Shown: positions 52,861 to 64,000 of the stretch, in pieces
Numbering within the stretch: position 1 is the first letter of the stretch
Layout of the letters: every line of letters begins with the position of its first letter
NCBI GenBank assembly: GCA_036172245.1
Contig: JAYWIR010000010.1
Location: forward strand, 620,001-684,000
Length of the DNA stretch: 64,000 nucleotides
Direction of reading: 5' to 3'
DNA from: Raillietiella orientalis
Lineage: Eukaryota
The notes under the pieces: generated by a model
Database searches by the model: none
What the model saw: the letters and a program-made list of their open reading frames with translations, nothing else
What the model was told of the DNA's origin: nothing
Translations under genes and position numbers: made by a program

Positions 52861-54697
52861 TAGGGGTGGACTTCCAATCCTAGCCAGTCAACAGGGCCAC
52901 CCGGAGGTTTCCGGTTTCTATCAGTGCCGTCGCGCCCGAGCCTACAGCCAAACCAGCGCCATTTAGCAGGAGTAGACACAAAACCCACGACGCACACCTC
53001 GGCGTCGATCTTTCCCCGGGTGGGATTGGAACCAGCGGAGCTCGGTGCCGCGGGTGCGGAGGCTGCCGCAGCCGCACGGCTGCCAACGCTAGCATCAAAT
53101 CCATGATGTGGATTTGAGGGATCTTGCCCTAAATCGATGATGTGCCCCGGTACATGCTGCGAGTAGTTTCGGTATCCTTCCAAACCATGGTCTTTGACCT
53201 CTCACACAACGCACATCAATCCTCATCTCAGAAGTCGGTCCCAGCATCTCGTTCTTCACCATTGGACTGCGGCATCGCCTCCTGGCCGTTGACAAGACCA
53301 AGGCTCCAGTTCTCGCCAGAAATGGTGCCGCACCAGCATCGCGCTCGGTTCTGACCCTCTTTCCCCCACGAGGAACTGCACATCGAAAATTTTGCTTGGG
53401 ACCACTACAGCTTTAGGGCCCATGGCGGACGAGTCTCTCCGCCATAGACCTCCACTTCCATCTTCTGCGCTCCCCTCGACCTCCTTCCCACAGTGCAGGA
53501 AAGGGAGGAGGGAGAGGAAGTGCATCTCGAAAAATGCCGTGCATCATTGCCAACGAAGGATATAGAGTGCACAGGAATGGCTCCGAATCGCGGATGGAGA
53601 CTTCCTCCAGCATCCTCGAGCCCCCTGTCCAGGAGAAGTCGCAGCCTTCATGAGTCATTCTGGAGCTGATACCGCGAAGACTAGCACCACTTGTTTGAAA
53701 ATCGTCAGCTCTACCGAAGAAGAGGTGCGGCGAAACGGAAACCGAGAGTCTCCCGCATCCCAACGAAGGGATTGCGAATCGGATTCGCGGCATCATCTGC
53801 AGGGAACCTCAAGATCGAAATGCATGCCGATTGTACAGTGATGAGTAACCTCAAGTCAGTGTTTACATTGTGGAGATTGTACATTCTCTCTAAAATACGA
53901 ATGGGCGTGGTTTGCTTTATGGCACTCCCCTTGAAACCCGTCGCTCGCTGGGCTCCACTGCAGTGCTAGATCAAATTGTAGAGGTGGTTCGTTTAGGACC
54001 CACGGACGCTTGGCTTCGTGTTCCGGTCGTCAAGGATTCCGTCGAACCCCGGTCCTCGGTCGCTCGAGGTGGATCTTTTCCGACGCCCGAAGGCAAACGT
54101 CCGCAGAGATGTCGCCGAAACCGAACGAGGGCGAAGGTTGAATTTTGGTCGAGATGGTTTGGAAAGCACATGTGAAGCTGCACACATGGAATTTTCCGAA
54201 ATCGTTAAGTCACGCGAGGAACAGGTTGCCGCTGCCGATGCGCTCGGGGGATGTTTCTCCTCCAGGCGAAAGGCCTTCGGCTTCACCAGTGATCCGTAAA
54301 GACCATCATTCTCACTGACTTCACGGACCTGGAGATCGACCCCAATCCGAAGCCCAAACTCCAGGTATTCGCGCCGCCGCAGACTGCGATCATAAAGAAA
54401 GATTTCCCTTCGGCATCTTGTGTTTGGAAGAAGACCACGGAGGTGAATAATCGCTAATGCACGTACAAAGACAAAACTTGGTCCCCCCACCCCACCCTTG
54501 AGGATGATGTCCCTCTGCTCACTAGCCAGTTTTGATCCGATCTCGTATCCTTCTGATTGCAAACGTGCTTGTGCGCAGGCGCGAGGCACTCCGAATTGCC
54601 GTCTTATGGTTGCCAAGGGTTCTTCCCTTAGTGGTAGCACTTTCTAGCATGGTTTTTGTTTCATAATCCCCGGGGCTTTTAGCTTCCCCTTATGGAT

Positions 54698-54980
54698 GAT
54701 ATAAGTATATATATGTGAATATAAATATGCACACACATATATAAATATATACATCAACACACATTATGAGCATAGATATTTATTTTTTATAATCTTCATG
54801 GTATGTATTCATCCATATATTTATCTTTACGTAAATATATATAGCAACGCATGCAATGAGCATAGATATTCATTTTTTATAGTCTTCAATGCATATATAT
54901 GGAAAATTTAATCAGCAACTGATTCCTATTATTGATAAAACATGTGTCAATAAATCTCACGAAACACGTGTGTACCAAAA
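54698..54980. repeat. AT-rich repeat: partial copy (right arm) of the fold-back element at 56175-56765
   Basis: Aligns directly to ~56395-56670 (ataagtatatatatgtgaa..ataatcttcatggtatgt..tatggaaaat..gtcaataaatctc). Confidence 0.9.
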
Positions 54981-56174
54981 CTACGCATCATGGTTTTGAA
55001 TTCATTTTCTCTTTCTGCCGTCACGACGGTTCTTTTTCTCCGTTTGCCATTTCGTTATTTTCGCTGTTGGCACTTCATCCGTCATCATCATCATTTTACG
55101 TCTTTATGATCCGTCGTTGTTGCTGCTCTTGCTGCCGGTCACGCGCCACCACGGCATTCCATTCCGGTTCAGATGACCACAATTTGCTACGCTGGGTCAT
55201 CTCGTGAGCATATTCAGACCCAAACACGTTTCGAAAAAGACGCCGCTTATTCGGGGATGTTCATTCTCAAGATGCGGAGGCTGGAAGAAAGGTAGATGCA
55301 GTCTCCCTCTCTCCCTCTCTCTTTTTGTGCTTTTTTTTTTTCTTTTTTCTTCACACGAAGCGCTTGAAATGATATCTCAATGCCGAATGCACCTCCTGGG
55401 AACCAGATTTTGCGTGAGAGATGCTCGATTTAGGAGTAGCATACTTCTGCAGAGTATCACTTCGTGACCACGCTGTAATAGGGGATCCCGTTGTAATGTT
55501 ACTAATTTGACAGCTAATTCTCCCTGTAATTTTCTGTATTGTTCTTCAACTTCTTGCGCTGAATACCATCCGCATCGAGAAAGTTCAATGGGATGTCACC
55601 CACGAAAAAAAAAAAAGGAAAAAAAGAAAATATTTCCGCGATAAAATCTCGATGACCGCTCTGAAATTCGGACGGCTTCGCTGCTCTTCGCCGGGTCCGA
55701 GCTGGCTGTGCTCCCGAGACCAGTCGGTCATGAGCAGCGGGTCTCATCCGATCAGCAAGGGAACATCCGCCCTGGCAGCTCGCTCTTCAAGTACGAGTGG
55801 GAGCAGGAAGACTCGTTCGGATGATCCCTTGTCGGATCGTCCGCTGGCTCATCTGTGTCAGCATCTTCCATCTGCTAGCCAGGACGTCTTGGAGGACGAA
55901 CAGCCTGAGAACCTTTTGACGATGTTTCCAGAATGCGCTGCATCCGTTTCTCTCTTGCTGCAGTCTCGTTCCCGCGATCCCGGGCGGCAATTCAAATGAG
56001 TGTCATCGTCAGTAAGGGAGGAATTATTGCTGAGATGCAGATGCTGAGATGAGCTTTTCGCGCGTACCAGAGCTCTTCATCGGCTCCGAACGTTCTGAAG
56101 GCAGCAGCCGGTGCCCACGAAAATCTCGAACCTTCAAAACATCGAAAGACCAGGGAAAATGAGCACACGGGTTA

Positions 56175-56765
56175 ACATGCAAGCACGTTTCTACGTATTT
56201 ATTTCAATATGCATAGTTATTTATTCATATTAGTAACGTTCATAATAGTAGCAGTAATGTTATTGGAACAGATGTGTTTATTAAAATGCAGTGATGTTTC
56301 ATTCATAAAATTAATGAGATCTTGATGATATATATATGTATCATTATAAAAAACAAATATATATGTTTTCTATGACATCAATATTTGTAGATAACATAAG
56401 TATATATATGTGAACATATATATAAAAGAATATGTGTATAAATCTATACATCAACACATACAATGAGTATATATATATTTTTATAATCTTCATGGTATGT
56501 TTTAATCCATACATTTATCATTACATAGATATATATATACGATAAGTATAGATGTTCATTTTCTGTAATCTTCAATGTATATATATATGGAAAATATAAT
56601 TAGCAACCCATTAATATCATTAATAAAACATATGTCAATAAATCTCGCTAAATAAATATGTACCACACATATTGCTGTTCATATTATGTACGTTGATAAA
56701 CATGAATAACTACGTGTATTCAAACAAATTTGGATACTGATCTACGTAGAATAAGTCCATGTGTT
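56175..56765. mobile_element. AT-rich fold-back / long-TIR MITE
   Basis: Left end ttctacgta..atagttat..ttattcatattagtaacgttcataata aligns to the reverse complement of the right end (ttctacgta..gtagttattcatgtttatcaacgtacataata). Imperfect pairing continues for ~200 bp. No TSD identified. Confidence 0.7.
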
Positions 56766-59700
56766 TGTTTTTTACGATCTTTCGGGATTTTGAACCAGAC
56801 CTACGAAAAACCAATTCCCACTTGGAGAAGCATCGCTCATGTCAAAAGCAGTGACCTCCCTTTGAAACCTCGCAGGCGTCTTTCCCCCCCAGGGATTCAA
56901 CGAGCACCCTTGCGATCCCGATGTCACCCGATGTCCTTTCCGACCTCACAACCGCGCCGGAGGACAAACTCGGAGGTGTGATGACGCATGCTTTGCCCCT
57001 TGCGGATGCAGGCTTTTAAGATGGGTGGTTACGCTTCCATTTGCCACTCGGGGATGGTCGTGGCTCATGGTGATCATTTGTGTCGCTTGAAATTGGTGGG
57101 GGTCCATCCACGCCACCTGTTTGTGGGATATTTTCTGAGGAGCAGCTCTTGCATTGGGCAGCGTACGGATTGGATCAGACTGCTTGCGTGCCAAATTGCT
57201 TGGGGGTGAGGACTGCCGCGGGCTGCCGAGGCGGCTTCTTTCTCCATTTCACCCCATTTCGGCACGTTTCGCGCGTGCGTGCCAAAATCGTCTCACAAAA
57301 CAAATTGAGCTGTTGGGAGAGGCTCGTCCACCAATTCAGTTTGGGGTAGAATGGGACCGAACTCTGCAAAGCTCTCTGACCTTTGGCGAGGAAATTCAAA
57401 AATCCGCAGAGCTGTATGCAAGGCTTTTGTGACGACAGCCACATTTGCATGGATGCCATTTGAGTTTCTCTTCCCTTCGCCTTGGGTTTCCTTTCTGGAG
57501 TATCAGATGAATCCACAGCAGAGTGATTGATTAAATAAGCAATCTCATCCACCACATAATGAAACGAAACGCAAGCGGCTATCAAATGGAGAAATCCAAT
57601 CTGAAATTTCTGCTCTACAAAACCGGCAGGGTATTTAAGTGTGACGCTGCTTAAGGCATCTGTCAGGAAGGCTGAGGAATAAGTTCGATCGCCCAGATAA
57701 TCTCTAGGTATCCAGAGCATTGCTTCCCTTGGGAACCTTCTGCCGAAAGGTGGGGAGAGTTATGGACTAGGTTCAAATTTCATCAGAAGGCAGCAATCGC
57801 TACAAGCAATGCAAAATGGAAATCGGACTTCAGATTTTGATTGATGAGGACTTTTGATAGTCTTCTTCTTTGGATTTTCTCTGAAGCAGTCTCTCTTCCC
57901 TGAAACAGCTTCCTGACCAGTCGCACTTGGAACAACGGTTTGCATACTCAAATTCATGCTTCCGCTTCTCTTACCAACATTTGTTGTCCGATCAGTCGCT
58001 ACTGTTTTGATGGACACGTAGATGATCTTGGCTCATCTGTGAGCTGAAACACCTCGAAAGTTCCAGGAGCAACTATCCGTCCAAGACGAATAAGACTCAT
58101 TTTACGCACGCAGCTGTACCTCTTGCAAACTCTAGACAGTCCATTCAAATCCACAGGTTTAAAGGAAGCTATCCCTCTCTTTACAAATTTAGAAGAACTG
58201 TTACAGGAAATTTCGATTTGGTGGACTGCTCAGGCATGTGTGACTTTTTTGAAGGGGGTCATCGAAACCATTATCCGGTTTATCTTCTTCGATTGCTGCA
58301 TGGATATACTTGTGGTCTCCAGTAGCACAGGATGGATTCATTCTATTATATCCTTCCCCGAACTCTACTCATAAGGCGATGAGTGAGAATGAAGGTTTCC
58401 CCATAACTCAATGCCTTATCCTCAATGGCTTGCTGAAGTGAACTGCGCACAGTGACACAGTTCGCAAGTGTTTGTCTGGAGCGTCAAGTAAAGACGCCCT
58501 GCGGAGTGAGGAAGAAAAAAAACAACAGGATTGCGCTCGGCAACATGGCCAACCAATCCCTGGAATGCAGTCTCTCTCAGCAAACATCCCCTTTCAATGA
58601 ATACCTAGAGGTCTTAGCGTGCATCTGGTGGTTCCTGTCTCCCGAGGGAATGAAGATCAGAGTGTCAGTGTGCACCAGTTCAGATGATGCATTTTCAAGA
58701 AGAATCATTTTAAACGCACTTTGCGAAGACTTCCGAGGATTTTAACGACGTCCGTACTCTGTGCCGAAAACGTGGTATCAGGTTCCCTTTAGGAACGATG
58801 CGCTACTTTCCTTACAGATCGGTATCCAAGGGAACGGCAGGCTAGAGAAAAGAGGAAGTGTGGTGTAGTCGCTGGATGAAGCATCGGAGTCTAGAATGAG
58901 AACACTTCGTGCACGCAGAAGGCAAAAAGAAAACAATTTACTTTAGTCACAAAAAAAAATCATTTAACGTTCCTTCTCTTAGAGCGATGTCCCCTGGTCT
59001 CAACGGAAAGCAGTGATAGGTTGCTGATTTTTGTTTTTTCGTCGGTCTCATCTCTTAAGCCTATTCTCATTTTGAATTTCGAAAACGAGAAACTCGGGCT
59101 GGTAGTCCCCGCATACGAATCGAATTCAGTGGCTTTCGTATCAGCCCAGTAGCCGGCGCTGCTGCACCAGTAGCTGGGGCAAATTCGCAACTGGTGGAGA
59201 ATTTGTCCACTCTTTCTCTGTCTTTTTTCCTTTGAAAAACACACACACACATCTTTAGACTTTTTTCCGCTTCCCCGTTTCGTAACCATGCTTGTGATGT
59301 AACATTCACGGTTAACCATCTGCTGAAGGTGGCTCTGGTTCGAGGAGACGAACTCGGGGCCCGGGGAGCCCCTGGAAGGAGCTGAGTGACCGGAAAAGAC
59401 AGCTACGCGAGAAGCTGGAATTTTCAGTCGATTTTGAAACAGCAAACGGAGGCGGGACAAAGTTGAGACGAACCCCATTTTCGAGCAGGGATCCAAAGGG
59501 ACGCGGGCAAGTTTTTTCCAACGTAGGAACTCAGGTTTCCGGTACACTTTGATTGCTCGTGACGCACGTCCGGGATGGACAACACATGGAGGAAGAACGA
59601 GGGATCATGGATGGAGCAACTGAAAATCCAGTGCAGTTTCGTGTGTGTTCCACATCCGTGTTTCGATGCAGCAGAGAGATCGTGCTACTCAAATGGACAC

Positions 59701-59799
59701 TAGCTTGACCATAAGTAGAAGTCAGTTACAAGCACCACAAACAAGACATTATAGCAGCTAATTTGGAAAGGATGAGAAAGTCTTTCTAATTAGGAGAAG

Positions 59800-61190
59800 A
59801 ATGAATGTGAATCCACAGATGTGCGAAGGAAGACCTAATGTGCTTCTTGGCCTGATGAGGAAAGTTATGGGCGTGGAGTTTGGAAAACAGCATTTCAACA
59901 TCTTCCAGATTATATGAGAAGGAGTTGGTCTTCCAGTTTGAAATCGCTGGAATGAAAAAGCTTTTGGAGCAAGGAAGCGATTCATCAGGAAGAATCTTAA
60001 TGGATAATGATCCGGTGACATCAGCTAATGGAGTAACTCGTTTATCATGCTTATTTCCATTTTTTTTAAAAACTGTGTCTTCATCAGGAACATTAGAAAT
60101 TTGCCTTTCCACTTTGTTCTCCCATAGGTATCAGGAAAAATCCAGCAGAGCGAAATCAGCCATCACGCTCAGCAAAAAAGAATTCAGTGTTTCTTCCTAA
60201 TGATTGGAACATGAAATTCGTAAACAAAAAACTTCATTTTTGGTGATTCTTCAATTCACAAAATGCTGCTCCACTGAGTTCTACTCGATATCCGGCTCCG
60301 TGTTTTTGTGAATTGGGACCCACCGTTTCTTCTCACGAGCACGGTGAATGACGAAGAAGTGGATGTCGATGTACAGATGAGTTCCCGCTGTCAGGACAAC
60401 CGAGCCATGCTATCCGCCATCCGCTTCCAGTTGCTTTCACCGATCTCTTTCACGGTTGCAGCAGCAGTTTCTTTTGGGAAGATGTTTGCTGCCAGTGGGG
60501 AATCATCATCGGTTTACGATGCTCCTTCGTCGACGGAGTGTAAAGACATCGTGGATGCAGAAGAAAGCTTCTGGCACAGTCGTGGAACGTCGTTTAAAAC
60601 AACAAGCACATACCGTTCTTCCTCTTCTTCTTCTTTTTCTTTCTTGTGAAAGAAAGCAACAACACTTTTGGGTACAATACGGGTCTCAGCTTGCAGGATA
60701 AAGCAGCTTGCAAGCATAATTTCCTTAAAGAAAACATTCCACATTCGGGACACATCCGGCATCCGCGCCAGAACTGCGAAGCACACGAAGCTGCCATTCT
60801 ACTTGTCTTCGCCTGGCACATTTCTTTTCGTCACCTCATCGCAATGAGAGTTGAGAAGAACGCTGAGGGTGCAAAAAATTTCCAAGTAAAGGGAATTCGA
60901 AAACAAGTGCCTCTTTATCCGACGAATGGCTCACCTTGCGGAATGGTGTCTTTGGCTTCCTTGGAGCGCGTTTGCTAATTTAATGCTTTTCGTTCATTCC
61001 GATTCTACTGACGATAGATACACAATTTCTACTTAAGGTCTGCAGCAAGATCATTTCCACAATGTCGCCGAACTTGGTTGCCTTTGACGATCTCGGTTTA
61101 GCAATCCACCTGCCGTTTTTCTCTCGGGGCAAGAAACACCATGCACCACGGAGCTCACAAACACCGCTATGGAGAAGTATCACTTCCCAC
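59800..61190 (-). mobile_element. Possible degenerate Academ (XPG-nuclease-bearing) DNA transposon fragment
   Basis: Ordered motif remnants across frames: KATKFGD, SDKEALVFEF, KQLEAD, RWVPIH, SLG..FFFA..G. These resemble KTFGD / NK..L..FL / HEEAD / R.IP.H / LG..FHA.TGCD as I recall them. Confidence 0.35.
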
Positions 61191-61259
61191 ATATTTGCTA
61201 CTTCCGGAAATAATATTCACATTTCAGTGGCGGTACTAAATATTTCCAAAATTGATTTT

Positions 61260-61895
61260 TTTTTTTTTTTTTTTTTTCCGTGTAGTCCTCGAAAGGACTC
61301 ACTTTCGTCCACTGCGCGTGGACCGTTCCGAACTGTTCCAAAGCGGCGCGAACCTGTTCTTTGCGCATTCGCGCGGTGACGCCTAACAGGTGGACCACCA
61401 TGCTGCGGTCCGCCGTAGTGGGGAGGAGCCTGCGCGTCCCCATCACAACGGGGGTTTTAAGCAGTCGTTGGGCCAGCTCTGCATGTTTGCAGATGACCTC
61501 AACGTACTGACCCCCTCTGCGGATGGTCATAGCGCTGAGCTCCTCCTCTTTCACATCGAGAGCGCGCATGCCCTTCGAGAAGGCGCGCGCGCTCTCTAAA
61601 GAATATAAATTGCCTACCTTGTAGAACAATGAGGGGTTGTACCCCTCCTCTACATAAACCGACAATTCCGCTGCGGCTGCAGGCGATGGCGCCGACACAA
61701 CGGCGCTCCACGCCCGCGCTGCAGCGGGGACCGATTCTGTGGGGGCGGATGCCCCCACCTCCATCGCCTCTGGGGGCAACGTTGCCGCCGCCCCCTGGCT
61801 CTCCATCGCCTCTGGGGGCGGCGCTGCCGCTGCCCCCTGGCCATCCCTGGTGGTCGCGTCAGGCATCGCTGCCTGATCGACCACCGAACCACACG
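61260..61895 (-). mobile_element. Retroposed 5' part of an L1/Tx1-type ORF1 (gag-like/RRM) with poly(A) tail and 14-bp TSD
   Basis: TSD ccaaaattgatttt at 61246-61259 and 61896-61909. Poly-T at 61256-61277. Uninterrupted ORF from ATG 61866 (MPDATTRD..WSAVV..VVHLLGVTARMRKEQVRAALEQFGTV) runs into the A tail. Confidence 0.85.
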
Positions 61896-64000
61896 CCAAA
61901 ATTGATTTTCAGAGCATATGCAGAGTGTCTCATAATATGTGCAAAGGATGCTATTTTCCGGATCTTATAGATATGAGATTAAACTGATAGAGTCGACCAA
62001 CCACACGTTGTGAAAACTTCATCTAATAATCTTTTCGATTCGTCTCGAGAAAATGCATCTTGAAGAAATCTTCAAGGCGCAGCTCTGATTCTGTGTGGTG
62101 AGAGATGAAAAGTACACTTGAGAATCCCTCCCCAAGCATGCAGATGGGAAAGTTGCTCGGCATCACGATATAAATGAAAGAGTTTATCAGAAAGAATTAG
62201 CTGTCGAATTTTCATGAGCATCCAGATTAAGATGAGATGGGATGGGATTCACAGAAAAGTATTTTTTTTTTTTTTTTTCTTCTGCCATGAAGGTTTCCTT
62301 TTTCTTTCCTCCAGAAGAAATGTATTCAACTTCTTTCTCATTCACTTTATTCGTGCTTGCGTTCTGCATCCCAAGGAAACAGTGCAAACACAAAGCTATT
62401 ATTCTTGCTGTGGTAGTTCTACCAACTCCACTACTATCAGAGAGTAGAATACTACTCTCAATCCTTGAAAAAGAGTAGTATACTTTTCCCTCGGGACCAA
62501 CTTTTGAACCTTGTGGATCACGTGAAAATTGTCAAGCAACGAAGAGTTCAAGTCTTCCAGATGTGGTGGAAATAGAGTCACCCTAGCGCTGAAGGTAATC
62601 GAAGTGATCCTAGAAGACACGTGCTATTCACCTATGAGCTCGAAATTCGAGGTTTACATTAAAGACCAAGTACACAGGTCATCCGGCAGTGCATTGAATG
62701 CATTACCCAAAGCCTTAGAAGACGGCGTGTGTGGACGTGGCAGCTTTTCTTGCAAGAAGCTGACAGGGAAAGATGAGGTGTCGTTTGAATTGTGGGCAAA
62801 CCCGTTGATGGACACTGCAACGGCGACAACTGACCTTAACGTTTTAGATTTCAAAGAAGAAGAAAGTTACGGTTGATGCCGGTTTAACTCCAGATACCTT
62901 AAACAGATTAAGGCCTTTCTTTAATGTAGGTTTTCTGCCAGCAAGCAACTGAGTTTTTACGTGGAAAATTGCCGTCGGATTGATGGGTCTGATGGCGTGT
63001 CGTTTTTAACGGATGAGTTTCCAGCACTTGGAAAAATGGAGCCATTTCAAGCAGGTTCCAGTCTTCTGACTTAATCGTCATCATGTCTTGTCATTTCCAT
63101 TATCATTACCGTGTCAGCTTTTATTCACATAGAAGAAATGATGATAGTTGGAATTCTCTACATTTAAACTTCAGAGGCTCAATCACTGTTCAATGATTCC
63201 TTACCAGTTTAAAATTAATGTGTGGTGTAAGTTCTGCTTTTGGCTGGGGGTGCATTGACCTGCCTTTTTTGTGCAATGTTTTAATGCAATGTCCTATTGA
63301 ATGCAACTCCTCTGCTGATAACAGGGGGATGCAGAACTTTCCATGGGCGCCTTTCTGTCAGTCTGCAGGTGTGGTTTAAAGGGTGTCCACTGTGTCCATC
63401 AAGGAATCTTCGCGCCAGCGTGATACTCGGCAGAACAGATTTTCAGAACATACTGCAGGACGAATTTCCGGAATCCGAGCGCGCCAAATCTCGCGCACAT
63501 CTGCTCTCATCATCATTGCTCTCGGGCTTGCTTTTTGATGACGATGATGCAAGTTTTGAGTGGGAACTGCTCTTGAAGACTGCACTTCCGTCGTAATTTC
63601 GTCTCGTTCGAGGGGGGAGGGAGATATGGGGGTGCCCATAGCACCCTTATATCTCCAAACGTATGAATGTACCCTTCTACTCTGGAAAGAATAGATTGCA
63701 GCTTAATTTGTATTTTCCTTCCTTAAAAACCTTGCATCCTCATCCCCACCGAATGATTTGCTTTCTTGTTTCGTTTTTTTTCTCCTTTGGTAAGCAAGGA
63801 TATCGATTGCATCAACCTTCTCTTATAAAAGAGATGGGAAGCACCTTACAGAAGGCGGAGGCAGTTGGTGACTCGGTTTTTCAGAAATCTTCCGGTGAAC
63901 GTTTGCAGTCCACTTTTCCCACGGGCTGTTTTTTTTTTTTGTTGTGTGTGGCTGGGTTCGTCCATCCGAGGTCCGAGGACGCCCCTCCCGGGCAGTGATG

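Noticed and set aside
57175..59547. THAP/transposase-like gene (LCAVHF, IKTVATDR, WKELSDRKR)
   Set aside because: Isolated motif fragments interrupted by stops and lying on both strands; too weak to call.

Overview
Eukaryotic genomic DNA from an arthropod, most likely a pancrustacean (inferred from the Tweedle/DUF243 gene). It is not prokaryotic. I reconstructed four intact spliced genes by hand. (1) Cad99C/PCDH15-type cadherin: + strand, 3353-18756, 25 coding exons, 1534 aa, 11 EC repeats, TM segment and a C-terminal PDZ ligand. (2) Tweedle cuticle protein: - strand, 25313-26638, with TATA and Inr. (3) MAEA, a CTLH E3 ligase subunit: + strand, 38583-40175. (4) CtBP: - strand, 40222-41577. 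Most introns are 41-75 nt. The left ~21 kb is extremely GC- and CpG-rich, whereas MAEA/CtBP sit in an AT-rich, CpG-poor block. The rest is mostly decayed LINE, LTR and DNA transposon debris, and most long ORFs in the ORF track are GC artefacts. Most notable observations: a 46-bp apparent bidirectional polyadenylation cassette between MAEA and CtBP (the same two genes are neighbours in human); a young LINE insertion made only of the 5' part of ORF1 plus stem-loop, poly(A) and a 14-bp TSD; an internally inverted L1/Tx1 remnant with a fold-back junction; a ~590-bp fold-back element; and a gene-conversion-like repeat pair flanking the cadherin's first exon. No database searches were run; family assignments rest on recalled motifs.
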